In this document: positions 1-15,049 of the stretch, piece after piece | Numbering within the stretch: position 1 is the first letter of the stretch | Layout: every line of letters starts with the position of its first letter | Source: Camelus dromedarius | Taxonomy: Eukaryota | Assembly (NCBI RefSeq): GCF_036321535.1 | Contig: NC_087437.1 | Coordinates: forward strand, 104,596,001 to 104,660,000 | DNA length: 64,000 nucleotides | Direction: 5' to 3' | Translations under genes and position numbers: made by a program | Notes under the pieces: generated by a model | Databases searched by the model: none | Told to the model about the DNA's origin: nothing | Seen by the model: only the letters and a program-made list of their open reading frames with translations

Positions 1-1329
1 TCCTCAGAGATAGGTATCACTTAACCATTAACTAAAAATCTTTAATAGCTACCACGTGGAAAAAATATGTATGTAGTATATATACATACACATGCACATA
101 TTTTATATATACATTTTTTTCTATTTATCTGATCAAGGCAATCTCTTGCCTCCCTTTACAAAGGCACTGCAAGTTAAGGATTGATGGTTTGAGGTTGATG
201 AGTGTGCTGAATGTTTCTGAGGATGTGAATCACCTTTAAACCTAAGATATTGCTCTGAATATGTGAACAGTGACCCTGGGACTGAACCATAACTCAGATT
301 TCCCAAGTCTCAACCACTCATTCCAGTGACAAATGAAACAGATTCTACAAGCTGCCTCACCCAAATAATGCTTTGGATTGCTTGTTGTGCTTCCTTGCAG
401 AGCTGAGAGAACCATTTTTCTTCTAAGCCTTAAGGACAAAAATGCATTAGTCTTTCCACTTCTAATCCAATCAGTGCTGTTTTTCCTCTTATGAGTAAAA
501 GGTTTTGTGGAGTCTACTGGTCATTGTAACCACTGGTTTATGAAAGCTTTAGTACAGTTTAGGACTTCTGTATTTGCCTGTAACTTTCAATGTTGTACTT
601 TGGCTGTCTGTACATAACAAGTTAGGTATTTCAGGATAAAGCTGTCTTACTCTTGTTGTTACTTAACTTTATTAAAACCAATTAAAAATAAATTTAATGT
701 GTGAATACCTCTATGTAGAAAAATAAAACTGTCAAAGACTTAAAATATGTGTGTGTGTGTGTGTATGTATAAATAATTTAGTATATGTAAATTAATACTA
801 TAATTTTATTTGGAAGCAACATACTGCATTGTTTAAGAGATTGGACCACTAGGCAGCGTGTCTTCTGGACCTATTCTATTAATGTAAAATGTATGGTCAT
901 TTAAAACCCTCATTTAATATCCATCAAACACTATTCTAAATACTTTTGCAAATTAGACTAACTGACAGCCTATATTATAGTCAGATGGATTTAGCTGAAA
1001 AGCATGTAACCAAGGAACTGTTTCTCTAAATGTGTTATTGCTAAGAGAGGCAACAACATATGATCAGACACCCAGTGAGTACCACCAGTGCTAATCCATT
1101 GCTCCCTTAGGTCTAAAGGATTGAGGTAAATTTAGTAATTACATTACAGGCCTATTGTTTTCATCCTTCACTGTTTCAACATCCTTTGGCATTTGACCTG
1201 GCAGTTCATCTTATTGGAAAGTAGTCTATCTTTCTGTCCTTGATTCTTAGCCTGGCTGTATGAATTGTTTTGACAGTTGTTAGGAGATGTGATGAATGCA
1301 GAGATCACGTCTCTGTCAACAGAGCACCT

Positions 1330-1460
1330 TAGTGTTTGCACATCTCCATTTATTCTTCTGCCATTACTGTGAAAGTATTCATCAGCCAGCCTGCTGGAGG
1401 AGGAGACAGGAGGAACAGGGCTGTCACCCCAGTCATCCACATGTGGCCATCCTAGATCAT
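1330..1460 (+). mobile_element. MaLR LTR fragment (MLT1G/H-like)
   Basis: ccagcctgctggaggaggaga...ggccatcctagatca matches a remembered MLT1 core. Confidence 0.5.
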
Positions 1461-3229
1461 CTTGTATGTTGTATTATTGAAGTCTGAACACGAGAAAGCA
1501 TGCAGGGAAGGGAGGTGCAACCGTAAAAGATAAAGAACATGGAAACTGAGGGAATCTGAAAAGGCAAGAAAGGCAATCTGTATCTGCCCCAATACAGATT
1601 TTTATTTATTAAGCACTTTTACATTGGTGTTCAGTATTTTATTCAATATTGTCATTATTGAAAAATGCTGTTTCATATCGTAGGAGTGCTCAAACTATTT
1701 CTTCTTCAGTATTTCAGAAATGTCATGATATTATGATTTTTATTTAGCTTTTAATTTTCTGTGAATTTTAATTCACCACTAGAGCTACTTGTTTCTTCTC
1801 TTAAACTGCATCTTGATAATCTGCATAAACGTACCTTAAAACAGAGCATTTCATAAAATCTCTTTAGAATCCAAAGTCAATTTTCTGAAATAAAAATTTT
1901 TAACATCATGGTTTTAAAGGAATTTTTAACAGCATGGTTTTTAAGTGATTAAAAGGAAATAAAAATCACAAAATACTTTGATTAGCATTAAAACATGAAA
2001 TGTGACAACTTTGTATCACAAATTTGAGAGAGATTTTATTTAGATATAATGCAAGGAAAAAACATAAAAGACAACTCACAAGTACCAAGTCATAACTTTT
2101 CCTTTTGGAAAAAAATGTCATTTTGAAATAATGAAGAAAAGGAATTTAAAGAAAATCATGAAAACCTCAGGTTTGGAGTAGTGAGGCAAGAACAAGCACA
2201 AGAAAAGTGGGGGCTTTTCTTTTTTTTTCACTTTTGATCAATAGTATTTTTAAGGAGTCAGGTTCAAGCATAAGAGCTACTAAACAAAAAGCCTTGGAAT
2301 GGTAAAAGCTTTCTCTTACCCTGGTTTGCAAGAGGAAAATCTTTTTTTTTTTTTTTAATTGATACAAAGGTGCCATAATCTAAGACTGAGAAGGCTGTAG
2401 TACACAAATGGTACCGTTCTGTTCAGAAACACTTCCACTGCTTTGGGCGAAGAGGGAAAAATTGGACCTTTATGGGAAATAACTGAAAGGTCATGAGACA
2501 CATGACTCATCACATACTTCTCACTACTGCCATTATTCTTGATCCATTGACATAACACTGCACATGGGGTGTATTTCCCAGGGAATATGTCTCATGATAT
2601 ATTCCAGATTGTGAGAATATATCATGGCTCAAATTTCCCATAGCATTAAACTTATATTTACTTACAGAACCCATATTTATATTTGAATAATGTATATTTA
2701 CACAGATAAAGCATATCTGAATCATGGACTCTTCACAGCCCTTTCCTAAACACCTCTCTTGCTTAACTTCAATAGCTTCTAGTTTTCCATTATGAATCAG
2801 CTGTTTCTCATGAGAACTTGCTCATTATCTGTTTATGACGTGAAGTCAGTAGTAATAGAAGGTCAAATATTGGGAAGATGTAGCACTGGGCAGAGTATAA
2901 GAGAGAAGATAAGAATTAACTGGACTTAATGGAGATACCCCAAAATTGTCCTCACTTAATTGCCTCCACGAATTTGGCTCTTTGCCATGTCAGTGGTTTA
3001 ATTTTCTGGGAACTTGACATCTTTCCGTTACGTATTAAAAGAAAGTATGTATTTGAGTATGAATGCCAAAAGGGGAATATATTTGTTAATCAAATTAGTA
3101 TAGCAAGACTACCAAATTAATAAGAAAAGAAAGCAATCTGTAGTAAATTATAAAATTACAAAAAATAAAAGAAAGAAAAAAGAGACAATGATATACAAAA
3201 GAAAAATGTACTGCAGATAAAAACCAATA

Positions 3230-4200
3230 ATAAACCTTATCAACATAATGTAAATGAATGTACTGAATTCACCCCTTAAAATAGAAATGGACTGTTTAAA
3301 AAATAAAAGTAAAATCTAGAAATATACCTTTTCAAGGTATACACAAAGTAAAAATGCCAGCCTAGAAACAAAGAAACATTTTTAAATTAAACCATAAGGA
3401 CAAGTCTCAGAAACTCTAAACAGGTTAAAGAGATAACATTTAAAAATTCTTAATTGAATAATAAAATAGGATATTAATGTAAAAGTTACATACATTTATA
3501 TAAAATTTAGTTATTAGAAATGAAAATAGAATGTACCATAAATACAGTTATGATGATACACCGTAATGTAATTATTTCATTGCTTTATAAAAAATGTAAG
3601 TAAGGATCTATAGGAATTGAATAGTTAAATCAATACATATTTATATAAACATCAACAAAAGTATACATATATAATTCTCAATTAAACAGAAGGTTTAATG
3701 AAATTCTGTTTTATTTTGAAGTCATAAGACATACTCTTAGACAGCATATGCATCAAAAAAAAGTCACCGTGTTTCTTTCCCCTTGTCCTCTTTTTGCTTT
3801 ATCCTACTCATGAAAACCGTGGGAAAATTAGTTGAAATTATAAAAAAATAAAGTTTATTTTCAGAAAAGAAGAATTAACAATGCACTCTGAGTGTGAAAG
3901 TGTCAATTATGAGAATGAAAATTTTCTGAGCAAAGAAATGAGTAAAAATGAGTGTGGAGATTCAATTACAATATGTGATACAGATGTTACCATCTTAGCC
4001 ATGGCATGAATAATACAAAAGTATTAAAAATTTATGAATAGTTACTGGGACAACATTTTAGAACATAATTGAAGAAAAATGTAAGAAATGTAGAACCTGA
4101 ATTCATTCAACAGAAAAATGAAGACAAAAAGGAATTATACAAAAATCTAAAAAGAGACAAGAAAAATGTTTGTGCTTTTTTTCATGGAAAGTAAAGTAAA
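3230..4200 (+). mobile_element. Very old L1 fragments (L1ME-like)
   Basis: A-rich sequence with weak resemblance to L1 ORF2 start and ORF1 pieces. Confidence 0.4.
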
Positions 4201-4219
4201 TAAAGAACAGTTACATATT

Positions 4220-4770
4220 AAGTTACTTTCCTAGGATTTCATAACAGATTTCCAAAAACACTGGTGGCTGAAAATAGCACATACTTATTAAGCTATCAAT
4301 TCCGTCAGTCAGGAGTCCTGGAATGGCTTAACTGGACTCTGTTCTGGGTCTTACAAGGCTTCATTCTTACCCAAAGCTTTGGGTCCTTTTACATGCTCAC
4401 TGGTTGTTGTCAAAATTCAGTTCTTTGCATCTGTAGTATTGAGATCCCAGTTTTCTTGCTTGCTGTGGAGTGTTACTCTCAGCCCCCAGAGGCCCCTGCA
4501 CTTAGTCCTCTCATTGGACCATATCACGTTGTGGCCACTTCTCCAAAGCTGAGAAAGGAAGAGTCTCGAGTGTAAGCTAGCAATAGGTACTTACATAGGT
4601 TTACTGTACGTATGTTACACCGTAGCCTAGTCACAGGAGTACCATCTATCACCTTTGCTTTATTCTGTTGTCCTAAACAAGTCACTGGTTCCTTCCACAC
4701 TCAAGGGGGCGGAATTGTAAAGGACTTGAACGTGGGGTAGGGGTACACTGTAAGGTCTATCCCTCATACT
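4220..4770 (-). mobile_element. MaLR LTR (MLT1-like)
   Basis: ataacagatttccaaaaacactggtggctgaaa...tcaggagtcctggaatggcttaactgg...cacactcaaggggg. Confidence 0.7.
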
Positions 4771-5059
4771 TGTTAAATAAAAATTCTTGGATTAAATTAT
4801 ATGATCAAATAATAACACTATAAAATCTCACAAGGATTGGCAAAGAAACAATTTAAATAGGAGAAAAAATGGTGCGATACTATGTCAGTGAAATAACATT
4901 CGATATAAAAACCATTAAAGAATGAGAGAAGAATGATGATGGTTGCTACAGGCAGTGAGACTGAACTGGTTGTTAAAAATGTGCGTGTTTAATAGAAATA
5001 AAATAGTCATGGTACATTTAATTCATTCCTTTGAATCTCCATTTATATATAATTTCTTG

Positions 5060-5285
5060 AACATTATCTTCCTTAATCCCTTAGTATTGGGTTAAAACTC
5101 CTTTGTATGTGTTCCTATAACATTATTTTCCTCCTTTGATGAATTTATTCACATGTAATTACTTGATTAAAATTTGTATTCTTTGCTAGATTTAGAAATT
5201 TATGAAAACAAGGATTCCAGATATCACCATTATTGAGAAGAGTCTCTGGTGTATAACATAAACCCAATAAATATTTATTTAATTA
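5060..5285 (+). mobile_element. L2 3' end
   Basis: Ends ...caataaatatttattt, preceded by a ctagatttagaaattt motif. Confidence 0.45.
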
Positions 5286-8200
5286 AAATTAAAACAAATG
5301 ATTTACAAAACAAAACATAATGACCAGAAATGATTAATGACTCTTCTTATCAACATATTTAGTACTAATATAACTGAAAATTGTTGATAAAGGTAAAATT
5401 TGAGAAATCTTATTTTTGATCAGATATAAGAAAATAATTTTGACTAATATTTTCAAGAGAGTTTAACTATTAAAGTTAGCCCAGAAATCTTAATTGCTCA
5501 CATGCATATTTTTTCATTAATCAAGCTTTTATAACTTTGATCTACCTCTGTTTACTCAATGTATATTGTTGACATATCCATAAGGTATCTTTAATTGAAC
5601 TCATTAATATGTAGATTTACATTTGTAGCTTGATCAATATTTCAGGATTGATTTTTTTCAAATTTGTATAAACTTTGTGTTTTTACTAACCCTTATAATT
5701 TCTCAGATACTGTTAAAATTAACTCATGTTGTAAAATAATATTTGTTTAAACAACTCAAGTATGTCAAAGGACAGAATTACATTTAGTAATCCCTGTACA
5801 TGTCATGAATGAGCATTCCACTTCGGGTGCTATTTTCCACATCAGTATGTTAAGTCTGTGCTATAAACAGACAACTTTATTTTAAAGAAATCATTCTCAA
5901 TCATTTTGCCTTATGAAACATATAAGGGAGAACCTCTGATATAAATAAATAAATACATACATACGTAACTATTATACGGACACCTCATGGTACTTCAGCT
6001 AGATAAGTGATTTGAAGATATAATGGTAATTTTCAGTGTTTGTTTGAAAAGAGAATGCTATTTTTTCTATAGATCTGTTTTTAGAATAACTTACTATCTT
6101 GATCATTTGGGATTTTTTTTTTTATTCACACAAAGAAAACTCTGAGGCAAATCAGTAGCATGCATAAAGGTAACTTCAGTTTTCTTTTTCTTAAGTTAAA
6201 ATATTGTCTTGGTATTTTTTTTTTTCAGCTGTCCAATGTAGGATAAAATCTCATCACAAATTACTACTATGGAAGATTCTAAGATGCATAGATTATTTGT
6301 ATAGTAGTTGAATCATTTTTTCACAATAAACTTTTGAGCCAACATTTATTGAAAAAAAGAGAATTCAGCTTTGCTTTTTAAAATGAAATTAATGTTTCTT
6401 TCCTTTTCATATATGTTGAATACTTACAAGGAAGAAGATAATACATTTCTGAAAAATAACTGATATAAGTTACAATTATACTTAATATATGAAATGTAGG
6501 CTTTGAAGACTTGATTTAATTGATGTTAATTACTGTTTTTTAAAAAGAAAGTATCTTTGACAATGTAGAACAATAAACCTAATAATACCATAAGCAAAAC
6601 AAAATAAATAAAAAATATATCTAAAGACACATGTATACAAGACTGTGAAAATGTGTGTTCTTACTATGTGGCACATTCAGTTTCATATATAGGTCTTATG
6701 TTAGTTTCAAGAAAGAGTCTTATGAATTTACTCTTTTTTTTTTTTATAGAAATGTGGAATTTATCAAGGAGCAGAACATTAATCCTCATCTTGAATGTAC
6801 TATCAGACAGCAATTCAAAACATTTTTAATCTTCTCTTAAAGCAGTTTCAGTTTGTGTTAAAAAGATGTAAAACATTGTCCCATTTTGTTCTAGAGTTAC
6901 TATTACCACTTTTCAATAACGCTTGAGACGTCTTGATATCTTACCTCACTCTCAAGCTTTTCATTGGCTGCACTGTGCCAGGCAAGCAGAGGGAGCTTTT
7001 CTTCTTCCTGTTGAGCTCTGCTGTCAGTGTAGTGTGGGATCTCTTCCTTTTTGTCTCCCGACTCTATTTTAATTATGCTTTCTCTTTATTAATTTTTACA
7101 ATCCTTTTGGTTCTATTTCTCTGTAGGACCATGACCAATACCCACAGAGTTCTTCTAGGACATTTTGTTTTCATATATAAATAAAAATCTTCAAATACAC
7201 CTTGATCTTTCGATTTTGGAAGTTCTTTGGATCAGAAAAATAGTTACTTGATTACACTGTAATTTACAAATCATACAAATGCTAGGTAATAGTTAATACA
7301 TCAACAAAGAAAAATTGTTGCTTATCAGTTATTTGCCAAAAACATGGTACTTTTTGTCAAATTATAAATGTCACCTTGTCATATTATTACCTTTGTTTTT
7401 GCATTTGTACATTGTTTTGCACACAACACAAAAATGGCAGAGGCCATCTTAGATTATCACTCATGAAAAATGTATGAATAAGTAGCCTTCCTTTTGTCTG
7501 TCCTTTGCCCCATCAGTACATTAAAATGATTCAGAATGTAATTACTCTTTATCAACCTTATGATAGTTATTTATAGGCTTAGGCCTCATTATGTCACCAT
7601 TTCCTTATAAAAATTGTAGATATGAATGTATAACAAATTTAATTAAACAATAAAACACATGCTTAATAAATCAACAGCAAAATCTCATATAACACAAAAA
7701 CTTTACAGTGTAATTTTAAACTACATAATCTATATTTTCCAATATTTACAACAGCAGCCATCAAAGGGGCTGTTGAACTGAGATATATAAAATGCTTCCT
7801 TTAGTGTAAAAATTCCCTTTTGATTTTCTCTTATACCAGTTTAGTGTGTTCACTCCAGTAAGTCAGTCAGTAACCTACAAGGGGAGGTGGGAGTAGGTTC
7901 GTCCAGAAGGAACGTCATGATATTGTCTCCCGGCAGTACCACACTAACTGATTATCAGTGGCTATTATTATCTCATCTAGAACTGTCTTGATCAAGTGAA
8001 TATGTCCCACTGACACTGAGATGCAAGGCTGGAAAACCTCTAATGAAATTGCTAATGAGATTACTCAGTCACTGTCATTGTGCATTAATACAGAAATCAA
8101 TAATTGATATATCTTTAACTTTCTTACTTTGTAGACCCCTTAATGATACTTAACAGAATCCCAGTTTGATAAACCCTATTCTAGAGTTAAATAAGTCACC

Positions 8201-8909
8201 TGAATTTTTACTTGGATATTAGATGTTCCTTCTAATTTTCATTCCAAATATGGTAGATGCATTTAACAATTTCTCAAAGTTACTAGTAAGACAATTCTAA
8301 CACATTTTCATAATTTGAGTTCAAATAGATCGTAATTGTTTCTAATATCCCATCTATTTAAGTAAAATTTTTCACCTAGGTGTGATCATGATACTATAGG
8401 ATCATGATACTATAATTTTGTGTTTAAAAAAAAGAATATTTTATGCATCTTTATTTAAAAAAAATTCATGGATGAAATGATATATTTGGAATTTTATTCA
8501 AACTAATAAGTGGGTAATTGCAATTATACAGATCAAATAAAACGGCAGTAAGTTGATAGTTACTAAAGGCAATGAAGAAGTTCACATATCAATTATTTAT
8601 TTTATATACATTTTATAATTAATATTTCATAATAAAAGCAATAATGAAACAAAGCAAAAATGATGTGGAGAGCTTAACTGTCTACTGTAAAAACACTAAT
8701 TCTGACACAGTGTTCTAAGACTTAAAAATGTTGGTGTCAAATAATGAAATTATACGTCTCTATTTTGTCACCTTATTAGTAGTAAAATCCATGTTAGAAA
8801 AGATCGGAGCAGGTGACCAAGTATATAAGTATGTTTTCCATTCAGCAATTTGCTATTTGAAATGTATTTTCTTCTTAATATATGTTCAAAAATCCAAATA
8901 TTATTTCTA

Positions 8910-9284
8910 TGAATTCATATGTTGGACATTCTAACCCCCATACTTCAGAATGTTAACTGTATATGGAATTAGGGTCTTTAAAAAAGTTACTAGGTTGAAA
9001 TAAGATTGTCAGGGTAGACACTAATCTGATGTAGCTGATGTCTTTATACAAAGAGGAGATTAGGACACAGAGACACTAGGCATGTGCATGTTCAGAAAGA
9101 CTCTCATGTGGGGGCACATTGAGAAGGTGGGCATCTGCAAGCCAAACAGAAAAGCCTGAGGAGAAACTAAACCTGCCAGTACTTTGATCTTGGACTGGTA
9201 GCCTCCAGGATGGTGAGAAAATAAATTTCTGTTTAAGCCCCCGCCACTGTGGTGTTTTGTTATGGTAGCCCTAGAAAAATAACA
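8910..9284 (+). mobile_element. MaLR LTR (MLT1B-like)
   Basis: catctgcaagcca...cttggactggtagcctccagga...aataaatttctgtttaagcc...ttatggtagccctag. Confidence 0.85.
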
Positions 9285-9342
9285 TAGTGGCATTCCCTAA
9301 ATTCCTCTTCTTCATATACTCACTTTTTTTTCTTTTTACATA

Positions 9343-9715
9343 TGTATTAGTCTGCTAGGGCTGCCATGAAAATACATCACAGATTGGGTGATTTTAAACA
9401 TCTTATTTGTCATCTCACAGTTCTGGAGGCTAGAAGCCCAAGGTCAAGGTGTCAATAGGTTGGATTTCTTCTGAAGCATCGTCTGTGGCTTGTAGATGGC
9501 CTTCTCCTCATGTCCTCCCATGGTTTTTACTCTGTGATTGCTCATTTCTTGAGCCTCTCCTTTTATAAGGATACCAGTGTATTAGATTAGGGCCCCACTC
9601 ATAAGACCTGTTTTACTTATATTGCCTTTTTAAAGGCCCTATATCCAAATATAGTCATGTTGAGGATTAAAGCTTTGACATACGAATTTTGAGGGGACAC
9701 AGTTCAGTACATAAC
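9343..9715 (-). mobile_element. MaLR LTR (MLT1A/B-like)
   Basis: tgtattagtctgctagggctgcca...tcacagttctggaggctagaag...gggacacagttcagtacataaca, with both termini present. Confidence 0.85.
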
Positions 9716-11009
9716 ATTATGTATATGTAATCTGAGTTCACATGCTTATTTAATTTTAAATACACACTTTCATATTCAGGAAATAGGAGATGGTTAAAAA
9801 AATTTGCTTAAAAATATCTCACTGTGACTGTTGCTTCAAAATCTATTTCTACTATATCATGGAAAACTGTAGTATTCAGTAGGATAATCCTCTTTTTTAC
9901 TATTTATTATTTCACATATGGCACCAGTGTTGTAACTCTCTTCAACATAATATTCGCCTACTATAAAATTCAAAATTATTTATTTTATGTCTCTACTTAT
10001 ATGATAGGTTATTTAATGGCCCCTCTCTTAAAGCACCCCTGACTCACTATGCAATTACTTTTTTTTTTAACTATGAGGAAATCCTAGCATAATTTTTATT
10101 GAAAACCGCCTCCCATTTGAACTTCATGAGCTGTGAAATAAAGTTTGGATACAAAAAGATAAATAGTTTTCATTTGTAGTCTACAGAAAATGGTTTGTTC
10201 TGCTAAAAAATACCCTGACCTAAATTCTCTGTTCTTTTAATAACAATAGGCATTTAAGTGGATGGGTGAATTCCTTCAGCTTCCCTGTAATACATCAGAA
10301 AAAAAATCTTACTATACATTTAATCCTTTAGAAAATATTTAATATTAGTACTTCATTGAATTAAAAACTATAGCTAGGAAAGCCTCTTAAAGACAAAATC
10401 AAAAAATTATTTATAAATAATAGCTAAATCATGAATATTTATTTTCTCAATACTATTTTAATAAGTATATGTTATGTATTATTTTGTATAAACTCTACAT
10501 ATGTATCTTTAATTTTAGATTCAGAGAATGTATTTAATTACTTCTATAGAAAGGTAAGGCCTATAAAGTTTTAGTGTTGAACTCCTCTTATTTTCATCCT
10601 ATATTTGGTTTGTTTAGTATAGAATTGATATGAAAACCAAAATTTTGCCATTAAATGTGTGTATTAAATAAAAAAGATTAGTATCCTTGTATAATTCATC
10701 TGAATTACCTCTACTGATCTGATCAGCATCATTCAATTACAGATTTTATTCACATATTCCTTTATTTTGTTGCAATATGCTTAAGTAAATTCACAAAAGT
10801 CATTATATATGTGTGTATATATATATATATGTAACTCTTTAAACATCAAGATTTGAATTTTTGATGAATTAGTCATTGTTGTCATCATCTCTCAATTTGA
10901 CTATTTTAAAATCTCCTAAATGAGATTGGTGTGTACATTTCAGTATTTTACATTGCAGTCAGGATATATTTTCAAACAAATATGGGAACAAAAGTTGTTC
11001 CTGCAGGTA

Positions 11010-12530
11010 AGTTAGGACATTTTACAATGATAAAAGAGTAAACCTATCAGAATGCGTAGTTATGTACTAGTTATAACATCAAAGCTCTAAATTACCTGAA
11101 ATAAAAACCTATAGAATTGATGGGAAGTAGCCACAATTTCAACCACAGTAGTTAAAGACTATAATATCCTGCTTTCAATACTAGAACAATGAAGCAAAGG
11201 ATCAACAAGAAATTGTAGGCCTGAATAACAATAAATCAACTAGATGTAGCCACTGTATTTAGAATACAACACACAACAAGAGCAGAACACACATTCCTTT
11301 CAATGCACACGGAACATTCTCTTGGAGAAACTATATGCTAGGCTATAGAGTATGTTTCAAAATATTGAATAATTTAATGCATACAAAATGTGTTCTCCAG
11401 CCACAGTGGAATAAAATTTAAAATTAATAACAAAAGTCAATTTGAGAGATTCAAAAGTCTGTATAAAATCAGGCAACACACATCTAAACAAATTTAAAAA
11501 AATCACAAGGGAAATTATAAGATCAATGAAAACAAAATTAAAATACACCAAAATATATAGGATACAATTATAACAGTGCCTGTAGCAAAATGTATAGCAG
11601 TAAATACCTGTATTTAAAAAGAAAAGAAAATATCTCAGTGTAATAACTAGATTTCCACCTTAGTAAACCAGGAAAAGAAGAAAAATAAAACGAAAGGCAA
11701 GCCGAGGAAGGAAATAGTAAGGATTAGAGTGCAAAAAAAAATTAGATTAAAGAAGAACAATAGAAAAACCCCCAAAACAAAAGTTGGTTTTGTAAAAAGT
11801 TGACAAACTTTATCTAAACTTAACAGAGACAGGAAGAAAGACAGAGAGCAACAGAGACAGAGGGAAGACACTAAACACTAAAATCAAGAATAAGAGAATT
11901 ATAGAATACTATGAAAAATATATTCTAACAGATTGGTTAAACTAGATAAAGTGGACAAATCCTTAGAAAGACATGGTAATACAACCTCAATAGATTTAGA
12001 ATAAGTAAAAAAATTGAGTTAGTAATCATATTCCAACCAATAGAAGCCCAAGCCCCTATGGCTTCAGTGATTAATTCTACCAAACTTTCAAAGAATAACC
12101 ATCAATCCTTCACAGACTTCCAAAAAATAAAAGGGAATGAAACACTGTTTAATTTCTTGAGGCCAGAATTACCCTGCTATCAAAATAAGACAGAATCCAC
12201 AATAATTGAAAAATACACAATATCTTCTATAAATATACAACTGCAAATCTTCAAGAAAATACTAGCAAATTAAATTCAGCAAAAATTTAACTGAATCATA
12301 CATCATGACTAAACAGGATTTATCTTAAGAATGCAAAATTGGTTTAACATGTGAAAATCAATGTGATACTTTGTGTTAATAGAATAAAGAACAAAAAACA
12401 TGATTATCCCAGCAGTGAAAGAAAAATTATTTGACAGAACCCCAACATCTTTTGACACCATTCATCAAGGATGTAGCATACAAGTCTATATATATAAATC
12501 AATTATACTTCTATAGAAATTAATTAATTC
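11010..12530 (+). mobile_element. Old L1 ORF2 fragment
   Basis: A-rich decayed ORF2 (endonuclease to RT start). ORF 12058-12273 ends SSINIQLQIFKKILAN. Confidence 0.85.
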
Positions 12531-14559
12531 TAAATTTCTTAGAAATTAACAATTAACAATCCAAACTACAGAATTCTGTCTTCAAGAATTGAATTTTTTC
12601 ATGCAGCAAGTATGATGTAAGATATAGGCTGGAGAGTTTGCCAGAGGTCACAGTGGAAAAAAAACCACATTTCCTCCTTGAATTAGCACCTGCAATCATC
12701 AAGGATACTCTAAACCTATCCATTCGATCAGTACTATTGTGACTCTCATCTCTAGCTAAACGGGGAATATCAACTATGCTCAGTCTCACAACTAATAATC
12801 TGAGGAGTTTTTTTGACTAATCAGATCATCTATTGCTTGATTTCCTTCCTGGAATGGGAAATAAAAAGCTATAGAGCATCATTTATATGGGAAATTCTTA
12901 GAAATGAATTAGGTCTGTTGGTTCCAGATAAGAAAATTGTGTTAATCTAAAACAAAATGTGCTTTTAAATAAAGATGATGCAAAGAAAAAAAGTAAGATA
13001 ATTAATTCAAGGCAAATAAATTCAAGAACAAACCTAATAGCTGGTTAAACTACTGGCTGAACATGATGAGAACTTCTTGATAATCATTAACTAATAGAAG
13101 TCATAAGTACCATATCAGGTCATAGAAATAGAAATAATTATATAGAAAGCTACAAAGACACTTAACCTTCCTTTGTTCGTTCTGGTGTCTAGCTCTCTTG
13201 CATACTTACTTATACACTTATAAAAATGACAAGAACCATTATTAGCAGTTAGAATGTAGCGACTTTATTTGATCTTTTTATCATATAGGCCCTTTAAGAG
13301 TTAAATCAACCTTTAATTTAGTACACCCTAGACTTTTGATGAACTGGCAAATTGAAATGATTTTCAAATAAAGTACAAGGAAAGAGAGATGATATTAAAA
13401 TTTTCTAAAAACTGGAAGTTAATGCTGGGCCTAACAATTTATCCTACTTCAATTCTGAATTTATACTCTGACCACAATTCCCAGCTTTTTCTAGATCAGG
13501 TATATACTGAGATTTTTTTTTTTTCTCTCAGTGGCTTCAGAAGTCTCAGAAGACTTCATTTGATTAGTCAAATAGGTAATATAAGTTACTATTGTTTTAT
13601 CTCATTGTATCATATTTAAAGTGAAATAAGAGACTATATTTTGAATAACTTAAATGACAGGCTTTTTGAATTTTGAACTTATAAATATTTTTTATTCTTT
13701 TCTAGTTAGAAGCCAAGCTTAAAGCTCAATTCTCAAACTTCCAAGCTTTCAATAAAATTACTAGGTGAATCCAACTGAAATAATCAAAAAGAAAAAGACA
13801 AAAATTATGTCTACCCTTTATTGTCTGTATAGTCCTAATAATATCAAATATATGCCTAAGAGAAAAAGAATTACTGTTAAAAAGGGAATTGAAAACAAGC
13901 TCAACATTTTCAACATGGTCACTTCTAAAATGTTGGTATTCTACATGTAGATTAATTAATGAAGAAATAATCAGAACCTGCTTGTACTATTAAGCACTTC
14001 TTAATTTTTTTTTCTTGAAGTCATGTGGCAAAATACATTCTTGAATTTGGTTAATAGGGCTTCCCAAGTAGAAAAATCTATTTTCCAATAGAGAAAAATT
14101 TTAAGAAATATACTGATATAATCATTTAGTTAAAGCCAATTCTTACAGACTGACATGGGCTCTACACTTTTACTTATAATGGGGAATATGTGAATGTACT
14201 GGTTGGGTTTGAGCCATGAGGGACTTTGTCGACTATTAAAAATAACCTGGGCAAACCTGCAGTATAATTTATAAAACCATGGGCACCCAGATAGACAGAG
14301 TAAACCCATTATGTTGTTTATGCAAATGCTTGGCAACTGTTACAGCATTTGTTTCTGGGCAGCATTTGCAAGTCATTCAGCAATAACATCCCTATCAATT
14401 TTCAATGAATGCACCTTAGTCAGTTGGATCTCAGTGATTTCATTTTGGGAAATGTCTTCACAATCCAATTTTGCTTCAGACAGTTTTAGTTTATGCGCCT
14501 AAATATACAATAGGCGTGTGAGATAATAGAAAAAATACATATATATATATATATATACA

Positions 14560-14985
14560 TGTATAGCTCTGCCCTGGCTCCTGGTACAGAACTAAACCCT
14601 TGTAATTCCTAAGTGATAAGAGTAATAGGAGGAACTTCTGTTTTAATGAGGCAACTCTGAATGAGCTTTTGGATGATTCCTGGATGGGGGCTGGTCACCA
14701 GAAAGATGAAGCCATAATTAGAAGCTTGGAATTTTCAGCACCCACCCTGCCCTCCACACACAAACATTCACACACTTCTGTAGAGAAGAAGAGGGGCTGG
14801 AAAAAGAGTTAATAACTGATCATACCTACTTGAGGAAGCCTCTATAAAAATTCCAACATTATGGAGTTCAGGGAGCTTCCAGGTTGATGAACACATCCGT
14901 GTCTAGGAAGGGTGAAACACTTGAACTCCTTGGGGACAGAAACTCCTGCCCTCCAGACCCTCCTAGACCTCACTTCACCCTGTGT
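14560..14985 (+). mobile_element. MER21-like LTR fragment
   Basis: ggatggggctggtcaccagaaaga...gggagcttccaggttgatgaacacatcc...ggggacagaaactcctg. Confidence 0.7.
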
Positions 14986-15049
14986 ATAATTAGTGGAATC
15001 ACATAAAAGAGGCAAGAAGTAAGTGATAAGCCATTTTCCAAGTATTAGG

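Noticed and set aside
1168..1440. 90-aa minus-strand ORF with natural-looking composition
   Set aside because: It partly overlaps an MLT1-like LTR fragment, has no recognisable homology and no convincing splice context.
8383..8415. Short tandem duplications (GATCATGATACTATA twice; similar cases near 16915 and 34458)
   Set aside because: Ordinary slippage duplications with no array or spacer structure.
8910..9715. Tail-to-tail MaLR LTR pair as a hairpin or composite element
   Set aside because: These look like two old, diverged independent insertions, with no TSD bracketing the pair.
14311..14327. TTGTTT-ATGCAAAT as a Sox-Oct composite site
   Set aside because: Spacing is off by one from the canonical element, and single octamers are expected by chance in 64 kb of AT-rich DNA.
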